Shown: in pieces, positions 9,853 through 20,403 of the stretch
Layout: each line of letters starts with the position of its first letter
Numbering within the stretch: the stretch's first letter is position 1
Source: Alphaproteobacteria bacterium
GTDB lineage: Bacteria > Pseudomonadota > Alphaproteobacteria > UBA828
DNA length: 64,000 nt
Assembly (NCBI GenBank): GCA_963422645.2
Contig: CAXXVO010000010.1
Coordinates: 26,303-90,302 of the forward strand
Direction: 5' to 3'
Notes under the pieces: generated by a model
What the model saw: only the letters and a program-made list of their open reading frames with translations
What the model was told of the DNA's origin: nothing
The model's database searches: none
Translations under genes and position numbers: made by a program

Positions 9853-10204
9853 GTCGTTGTTGAGTCATTTCCCGAAATTCCCGTCAAGCCCTTTCCACCA
9901 ACTCCGAACGAGAAACGCCTCAATCCACTGGCCCAAAATGACAAATCAGACGACCTGGGCAGTTACAATTATTCTAATGAAGAATAGCGGCAGGCGGTGA
10001 ACTGTCAATCGGCTTTCAATACTGACCCCCGATCGGCGTGCAAAATTGACCCCCCTGAGTGGCACGGCGGAGGTTGTCCCGGTAGCCAATAGGGGGGACC
10101 CGCGCGGCTTCGTGTGGCGCCCTGCGCTACGCGGAGCGAAGCCGCGTGGGGGGTCCCTGTTGGCCCACCGGGGCAACCGGGCCGCAAGGGAGGCCGGCGG
10201 CGGG

Positions 10205-10933
10205 TCAGGAGCGGTTCTTGAAGCGCCAGCTCTCGTTGCCGGTCTCGATGATCTCGCAATGATGGGTGAGGCGATCGAGCAGCGCTGTGGTCATCTTGGG
10301 GTCGCCGAAGACGGATGGCCATTCGCCGAAGGCGAGGTTTGTGGTGATGACGATCGAGGTGCGCTCGTAGAGCCGGCTCATCAGATGGAAGAGCAGCTGC
10401 CCACCGGCCTGGGCGAAGGGCAGGTAGCCGAGCTCGTCGAGGATGACGAAGTCGCGGCGGACGAGCTGGTCTGCAGTGCGGCCCTGGCGTCCGGCGCGAA
10501 GCTCGGCCTCGAGGAGGTTGACCAGGTCGACGACGTTGTAGCACCGGCCGCGCGCGCCCTTGCGGATGCAGGACCGCGCGATGGCGACGGCGAGATGGGT
10601 CTTGCCGGTACCGGTGCCGCCGACCAGCACGATGTTGCGTTTGCCCTCGAGGAAGCCGCCGCCGGCGAGCTCCTGGATCAGGGGCTCGTTGACCGGCGAG
10701 GCGGCGAAGTCGAAGTCGGCCAGCTCCTTGACCGTCGGCAGCTTGGCGGAGGCCATCTGGTACTTGATCGAGCGGGCCCTCTTGTCGGCGATCTCGACCT
10801 GCAGCAGCGTACCGATGATCTGTTGCACCGGATGGCGGCGCTTGAGCCCGTCGGCAAGGATGTCGTCGTAAGCGGCGCGCATACCTGCGAGCTTCAGCTG
10901 GGTCATCATCTCCAGCACATCATGACGCTCCAT
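10205..10933 (-). CDS. istB: IS21 helper ATPase
   Basis: Walker [15 protein letters not shown] and LLDRLTHH. Confidence 0.95.
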   Translation of the reverse strand: MERHDVLEMMTQLKLAGMRAAYDDILADGLKRRHPVQQIIGTLLQVEIADKRARSIKYQMASAKLPTVKELADFDFAASPVNEPLIQELAGGGFLEGKRNIVLVGGTGTGKTHLAVAIARSCIRKGARGRCYNVVDLVNLLEAELRAGRQGRTADQLVRRDFVILDELGYLPFAQAGGQLLFHLMSRLYERTSIVITTNLAFGEWPSVFGDPKMTTALLDRLTHHCEIIETGNESWRFKNRS

Positions 10934-12434
10934 GACCGGCCTCCCTCAGGCTGTCGTAGCGCTGACAGTCGGCTACCGGCTTGTGGCGAAGCTGCAGGCC
11001 CTCGGGCGTCGGGATGATTGCCGGCGGTGCCGGCTGGCGCTGCCGGGCGAGGATGTTGAGCACCACGTCGGCGCTGCAGGCACCGCAGTCGAGCGTCTCG
11101 GCACAGGCCGCCTCAACCGCCTCCAGTCCGTCCTCCAGCACCGCCGCGAGCACCTTGACGAACTGCCGGTCGCCGTCGTCGTGGCCCGCGAGCCGGGTTC
11201 GCAGGCGGCCGAGCGCGTTGGGCAACTGCCAGTCCTTGAAGGGCGCGCCATTGCGTAGCGCGCCGGGCTTCCGCGTCAGGATCGGCACGTAATGCCACGG
11301 ATCGTAGACGAACCGGCCGCGCCCGAAGCTGCGGGGGTGCTCGGCAACGGTCTCGCCGTCCTGGCGGATGACGATCCGATCGGCATAGGCCCGCACGTCC
11401 ACCGGCCGGCCGACGGCGCGGGCCGCGACGCTGTACTGGTTGTTGTCGAAGCGCACCAGACAGGTCTTCGAGACCGACACCTCGCTGGCATGGAAGCCGT
11501 CGAAGGGGCCGCGATACGCCATCAGGAAGGGCTGCTCCTCCTCGAACACCTGCCACACCGTCTTGCCCGGGATTGTCGGATGCGGATGCTTCTTGGCGTC
11601 CTCGATGCACCGATCCATCAGCCACTCGTTGATCTCGGCGTAGGAGCGGCCCCGCGGGATGGGCACGAACAGGCGGCCGCGAAGGTCACCCACCTGCTTC
11701 TCGACCTGCCCCTTCTCCCAGCCAGCCCCTGGCGTGCACGCCACAGGCTCCACCAGATGGTGCGAGCACAGCTCCTGGAAGCGGCGGTTGTAGTCCCGCT
11801 TCTTGCCCACGAAGATCGTGCTCACCGCCGTCTTCATGTTGTCGTAGATGCCCCGCCGGCAGACCCCGCCGAAGAAGCGGAAGGCACGCTCGTGCGCCTC
11901 GAAGACCATCTCCTGGCTCTCGCGGGGAAAGATCTGGACCAGATACATCCGGCTGTGGCACAGCCGCATGTGCGCCGCCTTCACCCTGGTCGTCGCGCCC
12001 GACAGACGCGCGTACTCGTGGCTCCAGTCGAACTGGTAGGCCTCGCCGGGATCGAAGATCAGCGGCACATAGGCCTGCGCCGGCGACAACAGCCGCCACC
12101 GGCGCCGCCAGGCCCTGGCATAGCGGCGAACCGCGTCATAGCCGCCCTTGTAGCCCAGCGACACAAGGTCTTCATGAATCCGCAGAAGAGACAGCCGATC
12201 CTTGCGTGCCTTCTTCTCGTTGGCCTTCAGCTGGCGCTCAAGCTCCTCCACCCACAGCCCAAGCTTCGGCATCGGCTGGATCTTGCGCTCGTAGCTGTGC
12301 GAGGTCGCATCGCCCCGCACCACCTTGCGTATCGTGTTCTTGGAAACCCTCAAATCCCGGGCGAGCTTCTTGATCGGAACGCCCTTCACCAGATGATCCC
12401 GACGGATCTTCGCGATCGTTTCCACAACCAGCAT
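10920..12434 (-). CDS. istA: IS21 transposase
   Basis: N-terminal [15 protein letters not shown] and WEKGQVE. Confidence 0.95.
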   Translation of the reverse strand: MLVVETIAKIRRDHLVKGVPIKKLARDLRVSKNTIRKVVRGDATSHSYERKIQPMPKLGLWVEELERQLKANEKKARKDRLSLLRIHEDLVSLGYKGGYDAVRRYARAWRRRWRLLSPAQAYVPLIFDPGEAYQFDWSHEYARLSGATTRVKAAHMRLCHSRMYLVQIFPRESQEMVFEAHERAFRFFGGVCRRGIYDNMKTAVSTIFVGKKRDYNRRFQELCSHHLVEPVACTPGAGWEKGQVEKQVGDLRGRLFVPIPRGRSYAEINEWLMDRCIEDAKKHPHPTIPGKTVWQVFEEEQPFLMAYRGPFDGFHASEVSVSKTCLVRFDNNQYSVAARAVGRPVDVRAYADRIVIRQDGETVAEHPRSFGRGRFVYDPWHYVPILTRKPGALRNGAPFKDWQLPNALGRLRTRLAGHDDGDRQFVKVLAAVLEDGLEAVEAACAETLDCGACSADVVLNILARQRQPAPPAIIPTPEGLQLRHKPVADCQRYDSLREAGHGAS

Positions 12435-12553
12435 CTCCCCCACCACCCCGTCCGTCCAAACGACGAGGTGTGTTCATGGACACAAATCCAAGGGGGTCAA
12501 TTTTGGACGCCGATCACCCCCAATAGGGGGTCACTTTTCCACGCTTAACAACA

Positions 12554-13420
12554 CTTCAGGCAGCAGAAGGCCTCGTTACGGGCGGCGAGGTCTTCGTGCC
12601 AGTGCGACACCGTCACGTGTCTTCGGCCTCGACGGCCATCATGGCGGCGAGCACGGCGAGGCGTTCGCCCGGCGGCAAGGCCTGGTAGCGCCGGCCCCAG
12701 TTGGCTGCCTTGCGCTTGATGCGCTGGCGGTCGGTGAAGTTCCGGCCTGCGTGGCTGGCCCAATGCATCCGGTCGGGGGCGTAGTTGAACCAGACGACCT
12801 CGGTTCGCACCAGACCCTGGGTCGTGACCTGCAGCGCCAGCCGGCGCCATCCCGCCAGCACCTCGTCATAGAGCGCCGACGGATGGCCCGAGATCATGAC
12901 CTGGCAGGGCAGAGCCTTGAGCAGCGCGAGAAGCGCGACGTGGCCGGCCTCCTCGTACTCGAAGCGGTAGCGCTGCGCCGAGCGGCGGGTCGCGTGCAGA
13001 TAGGGCGGATCGCTGTAAACCAGCTCCGGGCCCAGGAACGGGAACGAGGCCAGGAAGTCATGGGCACAGCCGTGAACCAGATCGACCGGGTAGTCGCAGA
13101 CGAAGGCCTCGAGCGCCTGCGCATCGCGGTCGATGCCGATCGAACGCACGGCCGGCGGCTTGCGCTTCGTCAGCGCCCCGCCCCCAAGGTGGCTTTCGAT
13201 GTAGACGGAGTGCGGCGGCATCAGCGCAATCAGCGCTTGGCACAGACCTGCTGTCGCCTTCGAGCCGAAATACCCCATGGACCGCTCCCGTCACGCGAGA
13301 GAGCAGTCCATAGTCCCGCAACTCTATGAGGTCAAGAACCAATCGCGGTGGCAGAACCAGGCCGCGGCCGCCGCCATAATCACCGTCCTCAACTCAGGAT
13401 TGGGGTACCTGGGTAGTTAC
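12554..13420 (-). mobile_element. Truncated IS66-A (left end, intact MTase and first codons of the transposase), cut by IS21
   Basis: Reverse complement of 3059-3925; TIR ends at 13420. Confidence 0.92.
12613..13278 (-). CDS. N6-adenine DNA methyltransferase (second IS66-A copy)
   Basis: Same protein as 3201-3866 except one M-to-T change (GALTKRK). Confidence 0.88.
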   Translation of the reverse strand: MGYFGSKATAGLCQALIALMPPHSVYIESHLGGGALTKRKPPAVRSIGIDRDAQALEAFVCDYPVDLVHGCAHDFLASFPFLGPELVYSDPPYLHATRRSAQRYRFEYEEAGHVALLALLKALPCQVMISGHPSALYDEVLAGWRRLALQVTTQGLVRTEVVWFNYAPDRMHWASHAGRNFTDRQRIKRKAANWGRRYQALPPGERLAVLAAMMAVEAEDT

Positions 13421-13590
13421 ATGTACAGAACAATTGGATCGCCAGTCTCAGGGTTGGCAAGATTCATGGAAATCATTGGAAAGGTTCGTCCATCGGCTGC
13501 CCTTGGTCGAACTACACGAAAGCCCGTCAGCTGAGCTATCGGCGCTGGAAACTCTGTAACCGTCATCGCTATACCTTGATTCTCTTCGGC

Positions 13591-13845
13591 TTATTCGGTC
13601 TCGCACTCGATGAGCACGTCATCCGGGAGGGACACGGTGAGCGGCTTGGTGCAGTCCACCCCGAGGATGATGCGCTCGGTCGCTAACTCCTCGACCGGTT
13701 CGGCCGCTTCGACGATCGGGGTATTGGGCTCGCGGTCCTTGCTCTCTTCGGCTGCCGCCGAGGCGGCGAGGGGAAGGAGGATGGCCGCGAACATAGCCAC
13801 ACCCAGCTTCCTGGTGGTGGTCATCGACTTGCCGCAGCGGCTCAT
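13591..13845 (-). CDS. Small secreted hypothetical protein
   Basis: Basic N-region, hydrophobic core and AxA cleavage site (LAASAAA), then an acidic mature part with two Cys. The start could be 13824. Confidence 0.5.
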   Translation of the reverse strand: MSRCGKSMTTTRKLGVAMFAAILLPLAASAAAEESKDREPNTPIVEAAEPVEELATERIILGVDCTKPLTVSLPDDVLIECETE

Positions 13846-13948
13846 ATTCAGAACTCCTGACATTACGCTGGTAAGTGATTGAATCATTGAGAATGTTTTG
13901 GGAACCGCCGGCCGACCTTCGTAATGTCAAGTGTTGAGGCGAAAAGAT

Positions 13949-16461
13949 CAGACTTCCTGACCTCGTGATGCTGGCTGTTCTGGGCAGCGTGCCGGGAACT
14001 CCTTGAATTCTGATACATTTCGGTTGTTTCAGGCGGTTTTTCGCTGGGTGTCGCGCCCGAGGTCTGATATTATAATTTGATACCAATTGCACGGTCTCAA
14101 CCATGCCCAGTACCCTCCCAATGTGCCCTCCAGAGGCGGTCTCGATCGGCAACAGCTGCTTCGCCGTCCTGATCTCGGACGACACCTTCACCTACTTTTC
14201 CAACCTCATTCCCTTTGACAGCCACGCCGCCGATGACCGCACGGCCATGCTCTTGCGGATCGGCCGCCTCGCGGCGATCAGCGCGGTCTCGCCGCAGGAA
14301 CTGGCTGACGCTTTCGCTGTCTCGCGCGCGACGGTGCAGCGCGCACGACGGCGCTACCTGGCCGAGGGCGAAGCGGGGTTCATGAAGCCCCGGCGCGGTC
14401 GCGGGCCGTCGGTGTTCACTCCGGAGTTGGCGGAGAAGGCGACGGCGTTGCTGGCATCGGGCCTGAGCGGCTCTGCGGCGGCCCGGGTTCTCGGCGTGTC
14501 AGCGCCATCGGTCAACAAGTGGCGCCGTCAGGGACTGATCGGCAACACGGAGGCGGATGGGGAGCCCGGACGCTCAGCGCTGGCTGCGCCGCCTGACGCG
14601 GGTGCGGCTCCTGAAGGCCGTGTCGATGAAGAGAGTACCGGTGCCCCGGGGCCGGAGACGGCGCCGGGGCTGGAAGCGCAGCCGCAAACGGATCGCAGCG
14701 CGCGCGATCGGCGGGACCGGCAGGCGCCGATGGGGCGTGCGACTTGCGATGTTCCGGCTCGGGTTCTGGCCAGTTGTGGACAGGCGGGGCCGGTCGAACC
14801 GCAGTTCGCCGCCGCCGCCCGCGGTGTCCGCTTCGGCGGCGTGCTCGCCGCCCTGCCGGCCCTGCTGAAGGAAGGTCTTCTCTCCGAGACCGGTCTCCTG
14901 CCATTGCTGCCGAAGGGCTATTACGGCTTGCCTACGATCCTGCTCTTCCTGGCCTTCATGACCTTGGCGCGGGTGCGCAACCCCGAGAGCCTGCGCTACC
15001 AGGCGCCGGGCGAATGGGGCGCCATTCTCGGCCTCGATCGCTGCCCCGAGGTCAAGACGCTGCGCCGCAAGATCGCTCTCATCGCCGACGACGAGGCCGG
15101 CGTGCGGGCGTGGCAGCTCGCCCTTGCCAGGCGCTGGCAGGCGCCGACGAGCCGGAGCTCTGGGCGACGCTGGCCATCGACGGGCACGTCAAGGTCTACT
15201 CCGGCCGCAAGGGGCGCTTGCCCAAGCACTTCGTCTCGCGCGAGAAGCTGTGCCTGCCGGCGAGCGCCAGCTACTGGATCAACGCTCTGGGCGGCAAGCC
15301 GCTGCTCTGTCTGCACAAGCCGCTGGACCCGAAGATGGTCGCGGCCATCGAAGCCGACGTGGTGCCGGCGCTGCAGGAGCTTGGGATCGTTGGCGCCGGG
15401 GCGCCGGACCTGACCGCCGAGCATCCCGGCCAGCCGGCGCTCACCCTGGTCTTCGACCGCGAGGGCTGGAGCCCGGATCTGTTCCGCCGGCTGGCGAGGC
15501 GCGGCGTCGCCTGCCTGACCTGGCACAAGAACTTCAGGGGCGAGGACTGGCCGGCCGAGGACTTCGGCGCGATGACCGTTCCCATTCACGGACCGGCGGC
15601 GGACGGCAGCGCCACCATGCGGCTGGCTGAGAAGCCGGTGACGTTGCCGAACGGCTTCAGGGTGCGCCAGATCCGCCGCCTGCTCGACAACGGCCGTCAG
15701 GTGCCGCTGATCACCACCGATCCGCACAAGCCGATGGCTGAGGTTGCGGGCGCCATGTTCTCGCGCTGGTCGCAGGAGAACTTCTTCAAGTACATGCGTG
15801 ACGAGTTCAATCTCGACGCCCTGCCGACCCACGAGCTCGAGCCTCTCGATCCCGCCGCCATGGTCGTCAACCCGCTGCGGCGGGCCTATGACAAGGCAAT
15901 CCATCGCCTCGACCGCCAGCTTGGCCGCCTGCGCAACCGCATCGCCGACACGGCCCGGAAGAAGCAGCCGACGGCGGAACTCAGGAGGGAAGTCAGGGAC
16001 CTCCAGGATGTCCGCGACATCGTCAGGGCCAGCCGCAGGGAGACGCCCAAGCACTGCCGGGCCGGCGACCTCGACGAAGCCGAGCAGCTCGATGCCTTGC
16101 CCGCGCGCGAGCGCCTCCTCCTCGACGTCATCCGGATGATCGCCTACCGCGCCGAAACCCGCATGATGCTTCCCGTCATGCAGGCGCAGGGCCACAAGCC
16201 CCATCCCCGGAAACTGCTTCAAGCGCTGCTCACCGCCGATGCCGACATCCTGCCGGATCCTGGCAATGGCCTCCTGCGGGTCCACATTCTTGGCCTCGCA
16301 AACGACGCCTGCGACCGTTGGATCGATGCGGTTCTGAGCGACCTGAACGCCACCGAAACGGTCTTCCCCGGCACCCGTCTGCGCATAGTCTACGACATCG
16401 ACGGGGCCTCGGAATCCGCGCGGCTCGTGTCACCTAAAATCAGCAGAGGTCAGGAAGTCTG
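13949..16461 (+). mobile_element. Large IS4-like/unclassified DDE element 'D'
   Basis: 16-bp TIR CAGACTTCCTGACCTC / GAGGTCAGGAAGTCTG; 5-bp TSD AAGAT at 13944-13948 and 16462-16466. Confidence 0.9.
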
Positions 16462-16462
16462 A
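14103..16462 (+). pseudogene. Transposase of element D, frameshifted near 15140 (real or sequencing error)
   Basis: Two overlapping frames join into a homolog of 16619-18901, with HTH, IDGH, VFDREG and RWSQENFFKY. Confidence 0.8.
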
Positions 16463-16618
16463 AGATGCGGGACGAGCGGCAGAAAGAAGCGGTCAGAATA
16501 GCAGGGTATTCCAACTAATGTCAATGATATGGGCGCTGTAAAGGGGCCTCGTAGTGAGCAGCCGAACTCGCTTACAATGCGCGGCAAAGGGGCACAACGC
16601 GGTTCAGGAACATAGCCG

Positions 16619-18901
16619 ATGCAGCTTCAGTTTCCGCTGTGGCCGGAAAACGCCATCGTCATCTCCGAGACGCTCGCAATGGTCGAAGAGGACGGAAGGG
16701 TCGTCTTTTTCAACAGCGCGGGCCCGATCTTCACCTATGCCGAAGACGATGCCCTCGGGAAACGCCACGCAATGGCGATGCTCACTGCACAGCGTCTGGT
16801 CTCAGCCGAAGCTCTGGCAAGGGCGATGGGTGTCAGCGGGCAGACCGTCCGGCGCAATCGTGACAAGTATCTCGACGGTGGGCTGGAGGCGCTCATCGCG
16901 AAGCCGCGTCCAAGAAAAGGATACAAGCTGGCCGGGGCCGAGCTCACCCTGGCACAGGAGCTGCTCGACGCAGGTGCGAGCGTGTCGGCAACAGGGCGTG
17001 CCGTCGGGGTCTCGGAAGGGTGCGTCAGGGCGGCGATCAAGACCGGCAAGCTGGTGCGGCCGGGCAAGCGGACGGCGCGAGGAGGCAAGGGTGCCGGGCC
17101 GGCGCAGGGTTCGGTTGCAGCTGCACCGGCGCCGGGCGCTCAGCGAACGGAAGCGCCGGTATCGTTGTCGCTCCCACAGGGCATCCTGGAGACCGGGCCG
17201 GGACCGTCGCTGCGTTCGGCGGCGGATGCGCAGTGCAGCGCCGGTGTTGCCGTCAAGCGGATTGAGGAACGGACTCTGGCGATGGCCGGCCGCCTGACGG
17301 AGGCGCCGATGCAGGTGCAGGCGGCGGAAGCGGTGCCGGGAGCCGGTGTGCTGCTGGCGCTGCCGGCGGTGCTGGATCAGGGCCTGTTCGCGGCCGGCGA
17401 GCAAGCCTACGGCCATCTCAAGAAGGGCTTCTTCGGTCTGTGCAGCGTGCTGTTGTTGCTCACCTTCATGGCGCTGCTGCGGATACGCACGCCGGAGCAG
17501 CTCAAAGCCCATGCGCCGGGCGAACTCGGCCTGCTGCTCGGCCTCGACCGCGCGCCGGAGGTGAAGACCTTGCGCCGCAAGCTCGCGGAAATCGGCGCCA
17601 TGGGCAAGGCGCGCCACTTCGCCGATGCGCTGGCCCGGCGTTGGGCGCGCCCCGAGGCGCTGGGCTATCTCTATGTCGACGGCCATGTCCGGCCCTATCA
17701 TGGCCGCAAGTACAAGATCCCGAAGACCTGGTCGCCGCAGCGTCGGCTGTGCATGCCGGCGACCTCCGATACCTGGGTGAACGACGCGCAGGCGCAGCCC
17801 TGGTTCTTCGTCACCGCCGAAGCCAATGACGACCTGCTGTCGATGCTTGAGAACGCGGTTCTCCCGAAAATCCGCGACGAGGTCGGCGCCGGGCCGCGGC
17901 CGACCGTGGTGTTCGATCGCGGCGCCTGGAGCCCGGCTGCCTTCCAGCGCTGGTCGATCGCCGGCTTCGACATCATGACCTATCGCAAGGGTCGCTACGC
18001 CCCCTGGCCACAGCAGGACTTCGTCACCGTTGTCGATCCGAGCGGCCGGCAGAAGGCAGGCAAGCCGATGACCTGGAAGCTGGCCGAAAAGCCGCTCGCG
18101 CTCAGCACCGGGGGCGGTGACTCTCTGACAGTGCGCGAAGTTCGCAGGCTATGCGACAACGGCCACCAGACCTCGATCGTGACCACGCGCACCGACCTGT
18201 CGACCGGCGCCGTCGCCGCCCGGATGTTCGCGCGATGGCGGCAGGAGAACTACTTCAAATACATGCGCCAGGAATACGCCCTCGACCATCGGTGCAGCTA
18301 TGCCGCAGAAGCCGCAGACCCCGACCGCCCGATGGCAAATCCTCAGATCAAGGCTCTGGAGAAAAGCCGGAAGATCGTGAAGAAGGCGCTCGACAAGCTT
18401 CGCATTCGCTACGGCGAACTGCGCGACCGGAAGCCGAGCGATCCGGACCTGCCGGACATCAGGGAATGGATCGGCGAGTTCGACCGTATCCTCAAGGAGA
18501 TCCGGGCCGGGAAGAGAGCCTTGCCGAAGAAGGTGTCGGCCAAGACCGTGATGGACGAGGCGGACATCGTTCGTCTCGAGATCGAACGCAAGCGCTTCAC
18601 CGACCTGATCCGCATGATCGCATACCGCGCCGAGAGTGCGATGCTGCCCATGATCGCACCGCTGTTCATGCGCGATGCCGAGGAGGGCCGCACTTTCCTC
18701 AAGGCGGTCTACCAGCTTCCGGCCGACATGATCCCGCGACCCGAACGACAGATACTCATCCTCCGCTTCCACTCCATGGCCAACCCGCGATTCAACCGCG
18801 CTCTCGCTCATCTCTGCGAAAATCTCACCGCCGAATCGCACCTCTATCCGGGAACGCAACTCCGATTCGTCTTCCAGCCCCCGGCTCTTTCCGCCATTTG
18901 A
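16619..18901 (+). CDS. 760-aa DDE transposase with N-terminal HTH domains (element E)
   Basis: YVDGH, VFDRG and RWRQENYFKY (IS4-type signature); bounded by TIRs. Confidence 0.85.
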   Translation: MQLQFPLWPENAIVISETLAMVEEDGRVVFFNSAGPIFTYAEDDALGKRHAMAMLTAQRLVSAEALARAMGVSGQTVRRNRDKYLDGGLEALIAKPRPRKGYKLAGAELTLAQELLDAGASVSATGRAVGVSEGCVRAAIKTGKLVRPGKRTARGGKGAGPAQGSVAAAPAPGAQRTEAPVSLSLPQGILETGPGPSLRSAADAQCSAGVAVKRIEERTLAMAGRLTEAPMQVQAAEAVPGAGVLLALPAVLDQGLFAAGEQAYGHLKKGFFGLCSVLLLLTFMALLRIRTPEQLKAHAPGELGLLLGLDRAPEVKTLRRKLAEIGAMGKARHFADALARRWARPEALGYLYVDGHVRPYHGRKYKIPKTWSPQRRLCMPATSDTWVNDAQAQPWFFVTAEANDDLLSMLENAVLPKIRDEVGAGPRPTVVFDRGAWSPAAFQRWSIAGFDIMTYRKGRYAPWPQQDFVTVVDPSGRQKAGKPMTWKLAEKPLALSTGGGDSLTVREVRRLCDNGHQTSIVTTRTDLSTGAVAARMFARWRQENYFKYMRQEYALDHRCSYAAEAADPDRPMANPQIKALEKSRKIVKKALDKLRIRYGELRDRKPSDPDLPDIREWIGEFDRILKEIRAGKRALPKKVSAKTVMDEADIVRLEIERKRFTDLIRMIAYRAESAMLPMIAPLFMRDAEEGRTFLKAVYQLPADMIPRPERQILILRFHSMANPRFNRALAHLCENLTAESHLYPGTQLRFVFQPPALSAI

Positions 18902-18925
18902 AATTGCACCATGTCAGGAGTTCTG

Positions 18926-19035
18926 AACCTATACAGTCAAGCGGGGATCAACGACGCGCCGACGGCGAAACGGCACCGACGGCAAGCAACATCAGCACGC
19001 ACTCAGAACTGGCGGCGGGGTACCTGGGTAGTTAC
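18926..19035 (-). mobile_element. Orphan left end of IS66-B
   Basis: Matches 8146-8255. Confidence 0.9.
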
Positions 19036-19192
19036 TGCCAGACGTTCGATAAGCAACAATGAATCGGGTGCCGGGAACCACCGACCGCACGCCGACATCG
19101 CGCCGCGACTGAGGCGGCCGGCGGGGCGTGCTTTGGCCTGTGTCGGCCTGTATGGTGGCGCCGCGTCGGCGGGACGGAGAGGGAGAAGAGAG

Positions 19193-19588
19193 ATGGTTGA
19201 GTTGCCGGATCTGGCCAGACGGCTGCTGGACGGGAAGAATTTCGCGACCGTGGCAACCGTGATGGGGGACGGCCGGCCCCAGGCCTCCGTCGTCTGGATC
19301 CATACCGACGGCCCGCACATCGTCTTCAACACGGCGGAAGGGCGCGTGAAGCCCCGCAACATGCGCCGCGACGCGCGGGTCGCGATCGCCGTGTTCGGCA
19401 TGGAGAACCCCTACCAGCAGGCGATGATCCAGGGCCGCGTGGTGGCGATGGAGCACGAGGGCGCCGAAGAGCACATCGACGCGATGACCAAGAAGTACCT
19501 GGACCTGGATAGCTATCCCCACCGCAAGGAGGGCGAAGAGCGAGTGATCGTCAAGGTCGCGCCCGAGAAAGTCGCGCTGATGGAGTAG
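19193..19588 (+). CDS. PPOX-class (probable F420-dependent) oxidoreductase
   Basis: FATVATVMGDGRPQASVVW and KPRNMRRDARVAI; purine-rich RBS. Confidence 0.85.
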   Translation: MVELPDLARRLLDGKNFATVATVMGDGRPQASVVWIHTDGPHIVFNTAEGRVKPRNMRRDARVAIAVFGMENPYQQAMIQGRVVAMEHEGAEEHIDAMTKKYLDLDSYPHRKEGEERVIVKVAPEKVALME

Positions 19589-19622
19589 TTGCCGCCTGCG
19601 CCAGGACGAGGGGAGTTGAGCG

Positions 19623-20369
19623 ATGAGGCTAGAAGGCAAACGGGCACTGATCACGGGCGCGCTTGGCGGCATCGGCCGCAAGGTCGCCGAGCGTTTCGCC
19701 GCCGAGGGCGCCGAGCTCGCGCTGGCGGACGCAGCCTCGGGCGAGAGCCCCGTGGCTGGCGCGCGCTGCTATCAGGCCGATCTCAGCAGCGTCGCGGCGT
19801 GCCGGCGCCTCGCGGCCGAGGTCGAGGCCGATCTCGGCCCCATCGACTTGCTCGCCAACTGTGTCGGTGTCTTCGAGCAGATGCCCTTCGACGAGATCAC
19901 GGAGGAGAACTGGGATCGCAACGTCGACATCAACCTGAAGGGCGTGTTCTTCCTCATCCAGGCCGTGGTGCCGCAGATGCGCCAGCGCGGCGGCGGGCGC
20001 GTGGTCAACATCACCTCGATCGCCGCGACCCAGGGCTTCGCCAACGCCGAGGCGTATTGCGCGGCCAAGGGCGGGCTCCTCAACCTCACACAGGCGTTGG
20101 CCATGACGCTCGCGCCCGACGGCATCAACGTCAATGCGGTGGGACCCGGCTTCATCCGCACGCAGATGACCGAGCACCAATGGACCGACGACGCCTTCAA
20201 CGCCGGCCTCGCCCGTATGCTGGCCACCCGCAAGGGCTACATGGAGCCCGACAACATCGCCGCAGCCGTGCTCTTCCTCTGCTCCGACGATGCCGCTCAT
20301 ATCCACGGCACCAATCTGCGTGTGGACGACGGCTGGCTCTCCGGAATCGCGGGCGCCGCATTTACGTGA
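19623..20369 (+). CDS. SDR family oxidoreductase
   Basis: ITGALGGIG, YCAAK and NAVGPG. Confidence 0.92.
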   Translation: MRLEGKRALITGALGGIGRKVAERFAAEGAELALADAASGESPVAGARCYQADLSSVAACRRLAAEVEADLGPIDLLANCVGVFEQMPFDEITEENWDRNVDINLKGVFFLIQAVVPQMRQRGGGRVVNITSIAATQGFANAEAYCAAKGGLLNLTQALAMTLAPDGINVNAVGPGFIRTQMTEHQWTDDAFNAGLARMLATRKGYMEPDNIAAAVLFLCSDDAAHIHGTNLRVDDGWLSGIAGAAFT

Positions 20370-20403
20370 GGCCGGCTGCGGCCCTTATGACGGGACCCTT
20401 GCG

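Larger units (their letters stand above)
5610..9966 (-). mobile_element. IS66-family element 'C' (no MTase), interrupted by IS66-B
   Basis: TIRs GTAACTGCCCAGGT; TSD AATTATTC at 5602-5609 and 9967-9974; an uninterrupted copy is at 50571-52458. Confidence 0.93.
2260..9977 (+). pseudogene. Outer-membrane beta-barrel (opacity/OmpA-like) gene split into three pieces (2260-3058, 5575-5609, stop 9975-9977) by two IS66 insertions
   Basis: Signal-peptide-like start, amphipathic strands (FDPFVGVGVGVARV, LEVAWRYSDLG) and an in-frame TGA at 2458. Removing the IS and one TSD copy at each site restores ...YLKRHGIRFSLRQLF*, with the OMP-type terminal Phe. Confidence 0.75.
10003..12553 (-). mobile_element. 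IS21 family element
   Basis: TG...CA ends with repeated ATCGGCGT(G/C)CAAAATTGACCCC sites; istA-istB inside. The flanks do not match, so there is no TSD. Confidence 0.93.
13849..18925 (+). mobile_element. Large IS4-like/unclassified DDE element 'E', containing nested element D
   Basis: 15-bp TIR CAGAACTCCTGACAT / ATGTCAGGAGTTCTG. Flanks differ (ATATT vs AACCT); the right flank is IS66-B left-end sequence. Confidence 0.85.

Noticed and set aside
9980-9991. 12-mer AAGAATAGCGGC shared with the IS110 right flank (30653-30664)
   Set aside because: The left context does not match the IS110 target and no element is present there. Treated as chance.
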